Under the pieces are notes generated by a model. It did not search any database and was not told the origin of the DNA. It was given only the letters and a program-made list of their open reading frames with translations. Shown piece after piece: positions 1 to 9,958 of a DNA stretch of 64,000 bases. Position 1 is the stretch's first letter. Every line of letters begins with the position of its first letter. The translations under genes were made by a program, and so were the position numbers. Source of the stretch: Bacilli bacterium (GTDB lineage: Bacteria; Bacillota_I; Bacilli_A; RF39; UBA660). The stretch covers positions 2,866 to 66,865 of the forward strand of contig JAFWYR010000006.1 in the NCBI GenBank assembly GCA_017522615.1. Reading direction: 5' to 3'.

Positions 1-1
1 A

Positions 2-1264
2 AAATCTGGAACTAGACTATCAAAAATAACCGCATTAAATAAAGAAATAGCTCTAGATTTAGGAGCTAAAGATGTCAGAATTCAAGCTCCAATACCTGGC
101 AAAAAAACAGTTGGTATTGAACTGCCTAACAAAACTACAACTCCAGTTGCCGTAAGAGAAATACTAAGTGCCTTTAAAAATAAAGAAAATAGTAAATTAC
201 TTGTCGCTTTAGGTAAATCGATAATGGGCGAACCAGTTTGCTGTGAAATAGATAAAACACCTCACTTATTAGTAGCTGGATCTACAGGTTCTGGTAAATC
301 AGTTTGTATTAATAGTATGATTTCATCTATCTTAATGAGAACTAAACCAGATGAAGTAAAATTAGTACTTGTAGACCCTAAAAAAGTTGAATTATCTATG
401 TATAACGGAGTACCGCATTTATTAACTCCAGTTGTAACTGACCCTAAAAAAGCCAATATTGTTTTACAAAAAATAGTTAAAATGATGGAAGATAGATATG
501 ACTTATTTGAAAACAGTAAAACCAAAAACATCGCTGGATATAATGCTTATATAGAAAAGAAAAACGAAGATTTACCTGACGATGAAAAAATAGATAAACT
601 ACCATATATCGTCGTAATTATCGACGAGCTTGCCGATTTAATGTTAGTTGCTGCTAAAGAAGTAGAGGACTCTATCATGAGAATTACTCAAATGGCAAGA
701 GCTGCCGGAATCCACTTAATAGTTGCCACTCAAAGGCCATCGACTGATGTCATAACCGGTGTCGTAAAAGCTAATATTCCATCTAGAATATCATTTGCCG
801 TATCAAGTAGCATCGACTCAAGAACAATATTAGATATGTCTGGAGCTGAAAAATTACTTGGTAAAGGTGATATGTTATTCTTACCACAGGGAGAAAATGT
901 TCCAATAAGAGTTCAGGGAACATTCATAAGTGACGATGAAATAAAAGCCATAGTTGACTATACAATTTCTCAGCAAAAAGCTATGTACGATAATTCATTT
1001 ACTCTATCAGAAGAAGACAAAGGAGCAACCACTATGGTTGATAATGATGATGATTATGAAGAGCCACTTTATAACGAAATCAGAGAATTTGTCATAACTC
1101 AAGGTAAGGCAAGTGCCTCACTTCTTCAACGAAGATTTAGATTAGGATATAATAGAGCTGCAAGATGTATTGATTTACTAGAAGAAAGAGGAATAGTTGG
1201 ACCACCTAATGGTTCTAAACCTAGAGAAGTACTAGTTAAATTAGAAAAGAAAGAAGAAGAATAA
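2..1264 (+). CDS. ftsK: DNA translocase FtsK/SpoIIIE, C-terminal motor and gamma domain (5' end outside window)
   Basis: Frame is open from the window edge ([43 protein letters not shown]...). Walker [11 protein letters not shown], Walker [18 protein letters not shown] motif, C-terminal winged-helix [27 protein letters not shown]. Confidence 0.95.
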   Translation, partial: KSGTRLSKITALNKEIALDLGAKDVRIQAPIPGKKTVGIELPNKTTTPVAVREILSAFKNKENSKLLVALGKSIMGEPVCCEIDKTPHLLVAGSTGSGKSVCINSMISSILMRTKPDEVKLVLVDPKKVELSMYNGVPHLLTPVVTDPKKANIVLQKIVKMMEDRYDLFENSKTKNIAGYNAYIEKKNEDLPDDEKIDKLPYIVVIIDELADLMLVAAKEVEDSIMRITQMARAAGIHLIVATQRPSTDVITGVVKANIPSRISFAVSSSIDSRTILDMSGAEKLLGKGDMLFLPQGENVPIRVQGTFISDDEIKAIVDYTISQQKAMYDNSFTLSEEDKGATTMVDNDDDYEEPLYNEIREFVITQGKASASLLQRRFRLGYNRAARCIDLLEERGIVGPPNGSKPREVLVKLEKKEEE

Positions 1265-1366
1265 TCTTCTTTTAAAATTATAAAAATTTAGCTTTTTAAT
1301 TAAAATATTTAAAATATAAAACTACTTTTGTCGAAACTATATCAATAATAAAAAAATAATAATAAA

Positions 1367-1693
1367 ATGATAATCGGTGATGATATGTTAGATATAGATA
1401 TAGATTCGAAATGTGGTATCTTATTTGTAAGATTATTTGGAACATTAAACAAAGAAACATCAAAAAAATTAAATAAAGAAGTAACTAAACTATTAGATGA
1501 TGTAGGTATAAACAACATTGTTATCAATATTCAAAACTTATTGAGTATCGATATGTACGGTATGAAATCATTAAAAAGGTGTTATAAAATATGTAAAAAC
1601 AGTTTATTGTGCGTAAATCCAAATCAAATCTCTAAAATCGAAGATTTAAAATATGTAACCGATGAATTAAGTGCAGTAAGATTAAACACATAA
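1367..1693 (+). CDS. spoIIAA: STAS-domain anti-sigma-factor antagonist-like protein (SpoIIAA-like)
   Basis: 108 aa directly upstream of a SigF-like sigma gene. Aligns by eye to SpoIIAA (ILFVRLFGTLNKETSKKLNKEV...IVINIQNLLSIDMYGMKSL). The DSSG phospho-serine position reads DMYG. No strong RBS, so the start is uncertain. Confidence 0.6.
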   Translation: MIIGDDMLDIDIDSKCGILFVRLFGTLNKETSKKLNKEVTKLLDDVGINNIVINIQNLLSIDMYGMKSLKRCYKICKNSLLCVNPNQISKIEDLKYVTDELSAVRLNT

Positions 1694-1703
1694 GGAGACT
1701 GAT

Positions 1704-2345
1704 ATGGAATCTATCGAAGAACTTATAATAAAAAATAAAAACTTAATATATGATATTGTAAGTAATTATCCAAGTTACAAAAGTAAAGAAGATTTATTTC
1801 AAGCTGGATGTATGGGTATGATAGAGGCATATAATAATTTTGATGAAAGTAAAGGATGTAAATTTACAACTTATGCTTATCCATACATATTTGGTGAAAT
1901 AAATAAATTTGTAAAAGAAGACCATAATATTAAACTAAGTAGAGAAATGTCGAGATTAAAAAGTCAAATAGAAAAAGCGAGAATTTATCTAACTCAAAAC
2001 TTAATGGAAGAACCCAGCATTAAACAGCTAAGTGATTTTATGAAAATAGATGAAGAGTTAATAAGTCAAATATTAAACTATGGTGATACATATAGTATAG
2101 ATCAAACTGTAGGCGAAGATTTATCACTTCATGAAATAATACCAGATAGAAATATAGATTATAATGTACTTTTAGCCTTAAAAGAAGAAATAGAAAAATT
2201 AGAAGAGCCAGAAAGAACTATAATGTATAAAAGGTATTATGAAGATCTAACACAGACAGAAATTGCAAGTATTATAGGTTTATCACAAGTTGACATTTCT
2301 AGAAGAGAAAAAAAGGTTTTAACTAAAATAAGAAATAAACTTTGA
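1704..2345 (+). CDS. sigF: Sporulation-type group 3 sigma-70 factor (SigF/SigG-like)
   Basis: RBS aaggag. Region 2 DLFQAGCMGMIEAYNNFD...FTTYAYPYIFGEINKFV and region 4 ERTIMYKRYYEDLTQTEIASIIGLSQVDISRREKKVL. Position between a spoIIAA-like gene and spoVA matches the Bacillus spoIIA-spoVA order. Confidence 0.75.
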   Translation: MESIEELIIKNKNLIYDIVSNYPSYKSKEDLFQAGCMGMIEAYNNFDESKGCKFTTYAYPYIFGEINKFVKEDHNIKLSREMSRLKSQIEKARIYLTQNLMEEPSIKQLSDFMKIDEELISQILNYGDTYSIDQTVGEDLSLHEIIPDRNIDYNVLLALKEEIEKLEEPERTIMYKRYYEDLTQTEIASIIGLSQVDISRREKKVLTKIRNKL

Positions 2346-2374
2346 TTGACAACTACCTACTATTAATTTATAAT
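2346..2374 (+). promoter_or_regulatory. Consensus sigma-A type promoter for the pilin gene
   Basis: TTGACA (2346-2351), 17-nt spacer, TATAAT (2369-2374), immediately after the sigF stop. Confidence 0.6.
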
Positions 2375-2390
2375 TATATTAGGTGATGAT

Positions 2391-2780
2391 ATGAAAAAAG
2401 GATTTACACTAATGGAATTACTTGCTGTTTTTATTGTTATTGGAATTATAGTTACAATTACAATGCCTACAATCGCAAATGTTATAAGAGATTCAAAAGA
2501 AAAAACATATAAAGAACAAATAAGCCTTATAGAAGATGCAGCAAAAAACTATATGATTGCTCATTCTGCAAACCTTCCGAAAGCTGGAGGAAGTTATGCA
2601 GTAGCTGTAAGTACACTAAAAGATGAAGGACTTATATCTAACAAAGATATCAAAAATCCAATTTACAGTAGTAATGGTACTAGAGACGAAGAAAAACATC
2701 AAACGTTCTCTGGAGCTGTATGCGTTACATATTCAAATAATAAATATAAGTATACTTATAAACAAAGTGGCTCATGTTAA
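2391..2780 (+). CDS. Type IV pilin / pseudopilin with prepilin-type N-terminal signal
   Basis: MKKG|FTLMELLAVFIVIGIIV: Gly-1, Phe+1, Glu+5 and a hydrophobic helix. Two C-terminal Cys (AVCV ... SGSC-stop) are compatible with a D-region disulfide. Confidence 0.85.
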   Translation: MKKGFTLMELLAVFIVIGIIVTITMPTIANVIRDSKEKTYKEQISLIEDAAKNYMIAHSANLPKAGGSYAVAVSTLKDEGLISNKDIKNPIYSSNGTRDEEKHQTFSGAVCVTYSNNKYKYTYKQSGSC

Positions 2781-2792
2781 GTCACTTTTTTT

Positions 2793-2821
2793 GTATAAAA
2801 TAATAAATATTTCAAATACTA
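2793..2821 (+). promoter_or_regulatory. Possible forespore (sigma-F/G type) promoter for spoVA
   Basis: GTATA (2793-2797), 17 nt, then AATACTA (2815-2821), resembling GnATA-N17/18-CAtnnTA. spoVA is sigma-G dependent in B. subtilis. Match is imperfect. Confidence 0.3.
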
Positions 2822-2839
2822 ACATCTAGGAGGAACAAA

Positions 2840-3277
2840 ATGAAAGATAATTATCAAAAAATAATAGATACTTATACCCCTAAAGAAGATATTTTAAATA
2901 ATTCAATAATTGCCTTTATAACAGGTGGTCTTATGGGAATAATAGGAGAGGCCTTAATCGAATTTTACACCTTTATAATGCATATTCCATCTAAAGAAGC
3001 TACCGTATGTATGCTTATAACTTTGATTTTTTTAGGATGTATATTAACTTGTTTAGGTTTTTTCGACAAATGGGTAAATTTTTGCAAATGCGGACTAATA
3101 ATACCGATAACTGGATTTGCACATGCAACCCAAAGTGCAGCTTTAGAATATAGAAAAGAAGGATTAGTAACCGGTATTGGAACAAACATGTTAAAACTAT
3201 CTGGAGCTGTCATAATATATGGAATAATAGGAAGCTTTATATTCAGTTTAATTAGAATGTTGGTGGGGTTAGTATGA
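2840..3277 (+). CDS. spoVAC: Stage V sporulation protein AC
   Basis: 145-aa polytopic membrane protein (AFITGGLMGIIGE...IIPITGFAH) followed by spoVAD and spoVAE with overlapping stops and starts. Confidence 0.85.
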   Translation: MKDNYQKIIDTYTPKEDILNNSIIAFITGGLMGIIGEALIEFYTFIMHIPSKEATVCMLITLIFLGCILTCLGFFDKWVNFCKCGLIIPITGFAHATQSAALEYRKEGLVTGIGTNMLKLSGAVIIYGIIGSFIFSLIRMLVGLV

Positions 3278-4257
3278 CCATTTATTTTAAAAATGTATTT
3301 ATAAATGAAACATCAACTATTACCGGACCTTATGAAAAAAACGGACCACTAAGTCAATACTTTGATAAGTCATATAATGATCTTTATTTTAATCAAGAAA
3401 CTTGGGAACAAGCTGAGGAAAAAATAATAAATGAAAGTATAGATATGTTAAAAGAAAAATCAAAAATAAAAGATATAGATATATTACTTGGAGGAGATCT
3501 ATTAAATCAAATAGTGGCATCTAATTATGCAGCTTCTAAAATAAAATCACCTTTTATAGGAATCTATTCTGCATGTTCGACAAGTACATTAGGTTTAATA
3601 TTAGCCAGTACTTTAGTTGATAATAATATTGTAAAAAATGCTGTTACATTTACATCATCACATAATAACGGAGCAGAAAAACAATATAGATATCCAGTAG
3701 AATATGGTGGTCCAAAACCTAAGACAACTACATTTACCTCAACTGGAGCCGCATGCGCACTTCTTTCAAAATTAAAAAAAGGTATCAAATTAGAAAGTGG
3801 TACTATTGGTAGAGTAGTAGACTCTAAAACCACAAATATATTTCATATGGGAGCTGTCATGGCTAAAGCAGCCGCAAGTACTATTAATAGACACTTAAAG
3901 GATACTAATAGAACAATTGATTATTATGATTTAGTTCTAACAGGAGATTTAGGAATATACGGTAAAGAAATATTAAAAGATTATTTAAAACTAAAATATG
4001 ACATTATTTTAAAAAACTATAACGATACTGGAACAATGTTATATGATTTAAAAAAGCAGCCAGTATATGCTGGAGCTAGTGGACCTGTTTGTGCTCCGCT
4101 TGTAACTTATGGATACATATTTGATGAAATGAAAAAGTGCAAATTAAATAAAGTTTTATTAGTCGCAACAGGCGCTTTAATGAATCCCACGATGACAAAT
4201 CAAAAGTTAACCATTCCAGCCATCGCTCATGCAGTTAGTTTGGAGGTAATAAAATGA
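3274..4257 (+). CDS. spoVAD: Stage V sporulation protein AD (thiolase-like fold)
   Basis: 327 aa. TITGPYEKNGPL, GGDLLNQ and ACSTS motifs, plus the C-AD-AE gene order. Confidence 0.85.
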   Translation: MTIYFKNVFINETSTITGPYEKNGPLSQYFDKSYNDLYFNQETWEQAEEKIINESIDMLKEKSKIKDIDILLGGDLLNQIVASNYAASKIKSPFIGIYSACSTSTLGLILASTLVDNNIVKNAVTFTSSHNNGAEKQYRYPVEYGGPKPKTTTFTSTGAACALLSKLKKGIKLESGTIGRVVDSKTTNIFHMGAVMAKAAASTINRHLKDTNRTIDYYDLVLTGDLGIYGKEILKDYLKLKYDIILKNYNDTGTMLYDLKKQPVYAGASGPVCAPLVTYGYIFDEMKKCKLNKVLLVATGALMNPTMTNQKLTIPAIAHAVSLEVIK

Positions 4258-4604
4258 TATATATAAATGCTTTTATATTCTGTGGTATAGTGTGTTTGAT
4301 AGGACAGTTAATTTTAGATAATACGAACCTTACTCCAGGACATATAACTGTATTATTTGTTTTTATAGGAACATTTTTGGATGTCTTTAATATATATGAC
4401 AAAATAGTATTATGGGCAGGTGGCGGAGCTTTAGTACCAATTACTAGCTTTGGTCATATGTTAACTCATGGAGCCATCCAAGGATATAACGAAGGAGGAA
4501 TACTTGGATTATTTACCGGGACCTTAAATTTGACATCAGCAGGTATTTCAGCTGCTATAATATTTTCATTCTTTTTATCCCTTATATTTGAACCGAAAGA
4601 TTAA
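4254..4604 (+). CDS. spoVAE: Stage V sporulation protein AE (SpoVAEB-type)
   Basis: 116-aa membrane protein, a paralog of SpoVAC (LVPITSFGH). Third gene of the operon. Confidence 0.8.
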   Translation: MIYINAFIFCGIVCLIGQLILDNTNLTPGHITVLFVFIGTFLDVFNIYDKIVLWAGGGALVPITSFGHMLTHGAIQGYNEGGILGLFTGTLNLTSAGISAAIIFSFFLSLIFEPKD

Positions 4605-4656
4605 ATTTGACAAAACACCTAATTTCAATATAATAACTGAAAAAAGAGGTGGCGAA

Positions 4657-5442
4657 ATGATCTACGACTATTATAATCCAAGTGCTTACAACAATTATTT
4701 TTATAAATTCTTTAATAGAACGGAAAAGTACTGCAAACCAAATAAATATTTAGATATGTATTTAAGTTTTCTAGAACTATCGGATGAAGAAAAAGAAAAA
4801 TACTTTGAAGACTTTGATATAGACGAGGATGCATATTTATTTTATATTATAAGAAGATATGCCCAAACAAGAAAAAGAAAAAGAAAAGAGTTTTCTACTC
4901 ATCCTTATATAAATTCAATAAAGATAGATAAAGACCAAAACCATATAAGTACATTACTAGGGGACGCTAATTTTAAATTTTGGATAAAAGGAACATCTGA
5001 CATTTTATCGAATGTCATGAAAAATATAGGATGTAATCCTATTAACAAAACTACCCAAATATTTATGGATGAATATTTAGGAAATTATAATGGGAAATGC
5101 CACGAAGCTTCAATACAATTCTGCGGAAAGAACAAAGTAGTTACAGCTTTTATGCATGAGCCACTTTATAAACTTAGATACTTACATAGTTTTGTCGAAG
5201 GAGAAGAGAAAATATTAGAAACTACAGCTAATTTAGTAATGGATAAAGAAGAATACTATAGATTAACTAAACCTGAAGTTATAAGTGAATTATCTAAAGA
5301 TGATATAGATGAGTATTATAATCATTTAATGAAAAAATATCCTAGATTAGAAAATATGTCCACAAAACAATTTTTAACAGAATTTGAAGAAATAAAGAAA
5401 AATCCTAAAACGATAAAATTAAAACCATATATAAACATGTAA
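4657..5442 (+). CDS. Hypothetical protein; possible papain/transglutaminase-like Cys-His fold
   Basis: Start moved to the ATG at 4657 (RBS agaggtgg). Own promoter TTGACA 4607-4612 / TATAAT 4629-4634. GKCHEAS ... YLHSFVEGEEKILETT resembles a Cys...His...acid arrangement. No firm family recognised. Confidence 0.5.
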   Translation: MIYDYYNPSAYNNYFYKFFNRTEKYCKPNKYLDMYLSFLELSDEEKEKYFEDFDIDEDAYLFYIIRRYAQTRKRKRKEFSTHPYINSIKIDKDQNHISTLLGDANFKFWIKGTSDILSNVMKNIGCNPINKTTQIFMDEYLGNYNGKCHEASIQFCGKNKVVTAFMHEPLYKLRYLHSFVEGEEKILETTANLVMDKEEYYRLTKPEVISELSKDDIDEYYNHLMKKYPRLENMSTKQFLTEFEEIKKNPKTIKLKPYINM

Positions 5443-5443
5443 A

Positions 5444-5467
5444 AAAGCGATATTTAATTATCGCTTT
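5444..5467. terminator. Bidirectional intrinsic terminator
   Basis: aaagcgata-tttaat-tatcgcttt, a 9-bp stem between convergent genes. Confidence 0.7.
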
Positions 5468-6260
5468 ATTTATTATGGATATCAATTTGTTTATAAGGAA
5501 TTTCAATTCCGTTTTTCTCTAAAACTTCAACTATTTTACATATACTATCACGTCTTGTCTGTGGTTTAGTTTCTTGTTCACATTGAATTCTAATTAAATA
5601 ATTAATACTAGAATCATCTAGTTTATTAATTCCTCTATATTCACAAGACCTAACTTTAGAATTAGTTTTAATATTATCTATTGCTATTCTAATTATTTCT
5701 TCCGCTTTTTCTTTAGAAAGCTCATAAGATAGAGGAACTTCGATATCGAGCTGTGTAGATACCACTTCAACTTTTTCGATGTTTCTGTTGGCTATTGATA
5801 TAACATTTTGATTTATAATACTTCTAACTTTAGTTGTTTTAAGCCCAATAACTAAAACCTTAGCTTCAATATCACCATATTTAATAACATCACCTACAGA
5901 GAAATAATCATCTGATAAAATACTAAACCCTCGGATTATATCTTTTAGAGCATCTTGAATAGCTAACCCGATAACGACAGAAACGAGTCCAATTCCCGCC
6001 AGCATGCCACTGACGTCTACGTCGTTAATCTGTAAGACAATAAGCAAAGTTATAATTAAAAATACATATCTAAGAGTATTACTAATCATTTTAATGTAAG
6101 TTTCACTTTTATTACTAATCATAAATTTAAGAGAATCCTTTTTCTTACTGTTTAAAATTCTATTGATTACAGAATAGATTACAAAACCAGCTATAACTGC
6201 AACAACCGAACTTACAATTTTATTACTTATTAAAACGTTTAAAAATTCATTTAAATTCAT
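5466..6260 (-). CDS. Small-conductance mechanosensitive channel (MscS family)
   Basis: Three N-terminal TM helices, then the MscS beta domain GDVIKYGDIEAKVLVIGLKTTKVRS. Confidence 0.85.
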   Translation of the reverse strand: MNLNEFLNVLISNKIVSSVVAVIAGFVIYSVINRILNSKKKDSLKFMISNKSETYIKMISNTLRYVFLIITLLIVLQINDVDVSGMLAGIGLVSVVIGLAIQDALKDIIRGFSILSDDYFSVGDVIKYGDIEAKVLVIGLKTTKVRSIINQNVISIANRNIEKVEVVSTQLDIEVPLSYELSKEKAEEIIRIAIDNIKTNSKVRSCEYRGINKLDDSSINYLIRIQCEQETKPQTRRDSICKIVEVLEKNGIEIPYKQIDIHNK

Positions 6261-6333
6261 ATAAGCACCTCTTAAATAATAATATCATTTTTAATAAAAT
6301 CAATCAAGGACAATAAATAAAAGTAAATAACGA

Positions 6334-6362
6334 TTGACAAACAATTGTTTGTGGTATAAAAT
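6334..6362 (+). promoter_or_regulatory. uvrA promoter with embedded 16-nt perfect palindrome (candidate LexA/SOS operator)
   Basis: TTGACA 6334-6339, 17-nt spacer, TAAAAT 6357-6362. Palindrome acaaacaa|ttgtttgt at 6337-6352 resembles the Gram-positive GAAC-N4-GTTC box with AAAC/GTTT arms. Confidence 0.45.
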
Positions 6363-6413
6363 TGTATTTGACAATCATGATATAATAAATAAGACAAAAA
6401 GGAGTAGATATTT

Positions 6414-9221
6414 ATGGATGAAATAATCATTAAAGGTGCGAGAGAAAATAATTTAAAAAATATAGATATAACACTACCAAAAGATAAATTAATCGTTATG
6501 ACAGGTGTATCAGGATCAGGTAAAAGTAGCTTAGCATTTGATACTATATATGCTGAAGGACAGAGAAGATATGTCGAAAGTTTAAGTGCTTATGCAAGAC
6601 AGTTTTTAGGTGGCTCTGAAAAACCAGATGTCGATAGTATTGAAGGATTAAGTCCATCTATAAGTATCGATCAAAAAACAACTAACAAAAATCCTAGAAG
6701 TACCGTGGGAACAGTAACTGAAATATATGATTATCTTAGATTATTATATGCGAGAATCGGTATTCCATATTGTCCAAACCATAATATTCCTATATCATCT
6801 CAATCTATAGAAGAAATGGTTAATGATGTATTAGAATTAGAAGAAAAAACAAAAATAAGAGTTTTATCTCCAGCCGTAGCTGAAGCCAAAGGAACTCACA
6901 AAGACTTATTAGAAAGCTTGAGAAAAGATGGATATATTAGAGCTGTAATAGATGGTAAAGAATATGATTTATCAGAAGATATAGAACTTGAAAAAAATAA
7001 AAAGCATACAATCGAAGTAGTAATCGATAGATTAATAATCAAGCCAGATATCAGAAGTAGATTATATGAAAGTATGGAAACAGCTGTTAAATTAGGCAAA
7101 GGAAAGGTTATAATTGATGTAATTAATGGTGAAAGAATGTTATTATCTGAAACATACGCATGTCCTCACTGTAACTTCTCACTACCATCATTAGAACCTA
7201 GAATGTTTTCATTCAACGCTCCATGGGGGGCATGTTCAGAATGTAAAGGCCTTGGAATAAAATACAAAATAGATGAAGACTTAATAATACCAGATAAAAG
7301 TAAAAGTTTAAAAGATGGAGCAATCGTTGTCGTAAGTGATGACAATAATATTACGAATACTAATTTAGAAACCGCCTGTAAACACCACAATATCGACATG
7401 GATAAACCTGTAAGTAAATTGACTAGAAAAGAATTAGATATCATTTTTTATGGATCAAAGGACTTACTAACATTTAACTATGTTGCCAAAAACGGAAACA
7501 AAAGAACTACCACAGGATATTATGAGGGAATTATTACTAACTTAGAAAGACGTTATATGGAAACCAAAAGTACCTGGATTAGACAGTGGATTGAAAACTA
7601 CATGACCGAACTTACTTGTCCAAAGTGTCATGGAGCAAGATTAGATGATAGTATATTATCCGTTAAAATAGGGAAGAAAAACATATTTGAAGTAACTGAA
7701 TTATCTATAGGTAAATTATTTGAATTTTTAAGTAAATTAAAATTAAACAAAGAACAAAAAGAAATATCTAACCTAATTATAAAAGAGATTAATTCCAGAT
7801 TAAAATTCTTAATAAATGTTGGACTTGAATATTTAACTTTATCTAGAGAAGCAAAAACTCTATCGGGCGGAGAAGCTCAAAGAATAAGATTAGCAACTCA
7901 AATAGGATCTAGGTTAACAGGAGTATTATATGTATTAGATGAACCATCCATTGGTCTGCATCAAAGAGATAACAATAGATTAATAAAATCACTATTAGAA
8001 ATGAGAGACTTAGGAAATACACTAATTGTCGTCGAACACGATACCGACACCATGTTAGCGGCTGATTATCTAGTAGATATTGGACCAAAGGCTGGAGTTC
8101 ATGGCGGAGAGATAGTAGCAGAAGGAACCCCAAAAGAAGTTATGAATAATAAAAATAGCCTAACAGGAAAATACTTAACGGGAGAACTTAAAATAAAAGT
8201 CCCTGAAAAAAGAAGAAAAGGTAATAAAAAATATCTCGAAATATTAGGAGCTGAAGAGAATAACTTAAAAAAATTAAAAGTTAAATTTCCACTTGGAAAA
8301 TTCATATGTGTAACCGGTGTATCAGGCTCTGGAAAATCTACTCTAGTAAACGAAATACTTTATAGAGCAGTATCTAATAATCTATATAAATCTAAAGCTA
8401 AACCTGGAAAATTTAAAAAGATAAAAGGATTAGAGAATATCGACAAAGTAATAGATATATCCCAAGCTCCTATCGGAAGAACACCTAGAAGTAATCCAGC
8501 AACATACACTGGAGTATTTGACGATATAAGAGATGTATTTACCGAAACCAAAGAAGCTAAAATGCGCGGGTATGATAAAGGTAGATTTTCATTTAATGTC
8601 AAAGGTGGAAGATGTGAAGCTTGCTGGGGAGACGGAGTTAAAAAAATTGAAATGCATTTCTTGCCAGATGTATATGTTCCTTGTGAAGTGTGTCATGGAA
8701 CCAGATATAATTCTGAAACCCTTCAAATTAAATATAAAGGAAAAAATATATCAGAAGTATTAGATATGACGGTTGAAGAAGCTTTAGAATTCTTTGAAAA
8801 TCATCCTAAAATTAAAAACAAATTACAAATGCTTATGGATGTAGGACTATCATATATTAAATTAGGTCAGCCCGCACCTACATTATCAGGTGGAGAAGCT
8901 GCTAGAATAAAACTAGCAAAAGAACTTCAGAAAAAACCAACAGGCAAATCACTATTCATACTTGATGAACCAACTACTGGTCTTCATACTGATGATATTA
9001 AAAAATTACTCGTAATATTAGATAGAATTGTCGATAATGGAGATACTGTAATAGTTATCGAACACAACTTAGACGTTATTAAAGTAGCAGATCATATAAT
9101 TGATTTAGGGCCGGAAGGTGGAGACGAAGGTGGTAATATAGTTATCACAGGTACTCCAGAAGAAGTAGTCGATTGCCAAGAAAGTTATACAGGAAAGTAT
9201 TTAAAGCCATATTTAAATTAG
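6414..9221 (+). CDS. uvrA: Excinuclease ABC subunit A
   Basis: 935 aa. Two ABC modules ([18 protein letters not shown]; [16 protein letters not shown]) and zinc-finger CxxC pairs. Confidence 0.98.
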   Translation: MDEIIIKGARENNLKNIDITLPKDKLIVMTGVSGSGKSSLAFDTIYAEGQRRYVESLSAYARQFLGGSEKPDVDSIEGLSPSISIDQKTTNKNPRSTVGTVTEIYDYLRLLYARIGIPYCPNHNIPISSQSIEEMVNDVLELEEKTKIRVLSPAVAEAKGTHKDLLESLRKDGYIRAVIDGKEYDLSEDIELEKNKKHTIEVVIDRLIIKPDIRSRLYESMETAVKLGKGKVIIDVINGERMLLSETYACPHCNFSLPSLEPRMFSFNAPWGACSECKGLGIKYKIDEDLIIPDKSKSLKDGAIVVVSDDNNITNTNLETACKHHNIDMDKPVSKLTRKELDIIFYGSKDLLTFNYVAKNGNKRTTTGYYEGIITNLERRYMETKSTWIRQWIENYMTELTCPKCHGARLDDSILSVKIGKKNIFEVTELSIGKLFEFLSKLKLNKEQKEISNLIIKEINSRLKFLINVGLEYLTLSREAKTLSGGEAQRIRLATQIGSRLTGVLYVLDEPSIGLHQRDNNRLIKSLLEMRDLGNTLIVVEHDTDTMLAADYLVDIGPKAGVHGGEIVAEGTPKEVMNNKNSLTGKYLTGELKIKVPEKRRKGNKKYLEILGAEENNLKKLKVKFPLGKFICVTGVSGSGKSTLVNEILYRAVSNNLYKSKAKPGKFKKIKGLENIDKVIDISQAPIGRTPRSNPATYTGVFDDIRDVFTETKEAKMRGYDKGRFSFNVKGGRCEACWGDGVKKIEMHFLPDVYVPCEVCHGTRYNSETLQIKYKGKNISEVLDMTVEEALEFFENHPKIKNKLQMLMDVGLSYIKLGQPAPTLSGGEAARIKLAKELQKKPTGKSLFILDEPTTGLHTDDIKKLLVILDRIVDNGDTVIVIEHNLDVIKVADHIIDLGPEGGDEGGNIVITGTPEEVVDCQESYTGKYLKPYLN

Positions 9222-9338
9222 ACTTTTATATAAAAATTATATTTGCAATCAAAAAAATACAAAATATGTAATAAATCGTTTTTATTGCATATAATAAAAA
9301 AGCTGGTGATCCCCACCAAAAAGAGGAACTTAAAAAAG

Positions 9339-9370
9339 AAACTAGAGAACTCACTCTAGTTTTATTTTTT
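9339..9370 (+). terminator. Intrinsic terminator, either for uvrA or the antitoxin-toxin spacer of a type III TA locus
   Basis: aaactagag-aactca-ctctagttt 9-bp stem followed by a T-rich run. Confidence 0.65.
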
Positions 9371-9450
9371 CTTTATAGGATAGTAATGCTTATTCCATAA
9401 GATGTTGAAGAACAAATGTACATATGCTATATTTTGGCTAGGGGGTAAAA

Positions 9451-9866
9451 ATGAAACGCAAACTTACATTGGTAAAACTAGATTATAAATATTGTGATTA
9501 TCTTAGAAAGTATGATAAAAAAGTTCCATATAATTATGGAGCAAAAGAATTAAGGCCATTTATTGGGGTATTATTTAAAATAAAGAGTTTTATGTACTTC
9601 GCACCATTATCAAGTCCAAAACCAAAGCATACAAAATTAAAAAACAAATTAGATTTACTTAAAATTGATGATGGAAAATTAGGTATAATAAACTTTTAAA
9701 AGAACAATTATATTGGCTAAATCGTCACAGTGAAAAAATATATTCAAAATCGTATAAACTATATACAAAGTATTTAGATAAAACTATACCTCAAAGTATG
9801 ATAGATAGATGCTGTAATTTTAAGCTATTGGAAAAGAAATGCGAAGAATATAACACTTCACTATAA
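9451..9866 (+). pseudogene. Disrupted ToxN/AbiQ-family type III toxin (endoribonuclease)
   Basis: N-terminal 82 aa (LDYKYCDYLRKYDKKVPYNYG..RPFIGVLFKI..FMYFAPLSSPKPKH...GKLGIINF) matches the ToxN/AbiQ N-terminus. Stop at 9697-9699. The C-terminal part continues in another frame at 9702-9866 (EQLYWLNRHSEKIYSKSYKLYTKY...CCNFKLLEKKCEEY). About 30 central residues are missing. Confidence 0.7.
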
Positions 9867-9958
9867 TAATCTTAATAAAACACCTAAAATATTCTAGTTT
9901 GGAAATATTAATTTATATTTTATAAATAATATGATAAAATTAAATAGTAGGTGAGAGT

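Noticed and set aside
1329-1335. Spo0A box TGTCGAA 32 nt upstream of the spoIIAA-like gene.
   Set aside because: The position fits known spoIIA regulation. But the 7-mer also occurs by chance inside coding sequence in this window (e.g. 6572-6578 in uvrA), so a single hit is not sufficient evidence.
2623-2829. 68-aa alternate-frame ORF inside the pilin gene.
   Set aside because: It is embedded in the pilin coding frame, which has the diagnostic prepilin signal. No independent support.
4588-4656. Upstream extension of the 4588-5442 ORF that overlaps the spoVAE end.
   Set aside because: The promoter (4607-4634) and RBS (agaggtgg) lie inside the extension, so the ATG at 4657 is the credible start.
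9296-9338. ToxI/antiQ-like tandem RNA antitoxin repeats upstream of the ToxN-like pseudogene.
   Set aside because: Only about 43 nt separate the putative promoter from the terminator, and I could not find any tandem duplication of a ~35-nt unit. At best a single degenerate unit remains.
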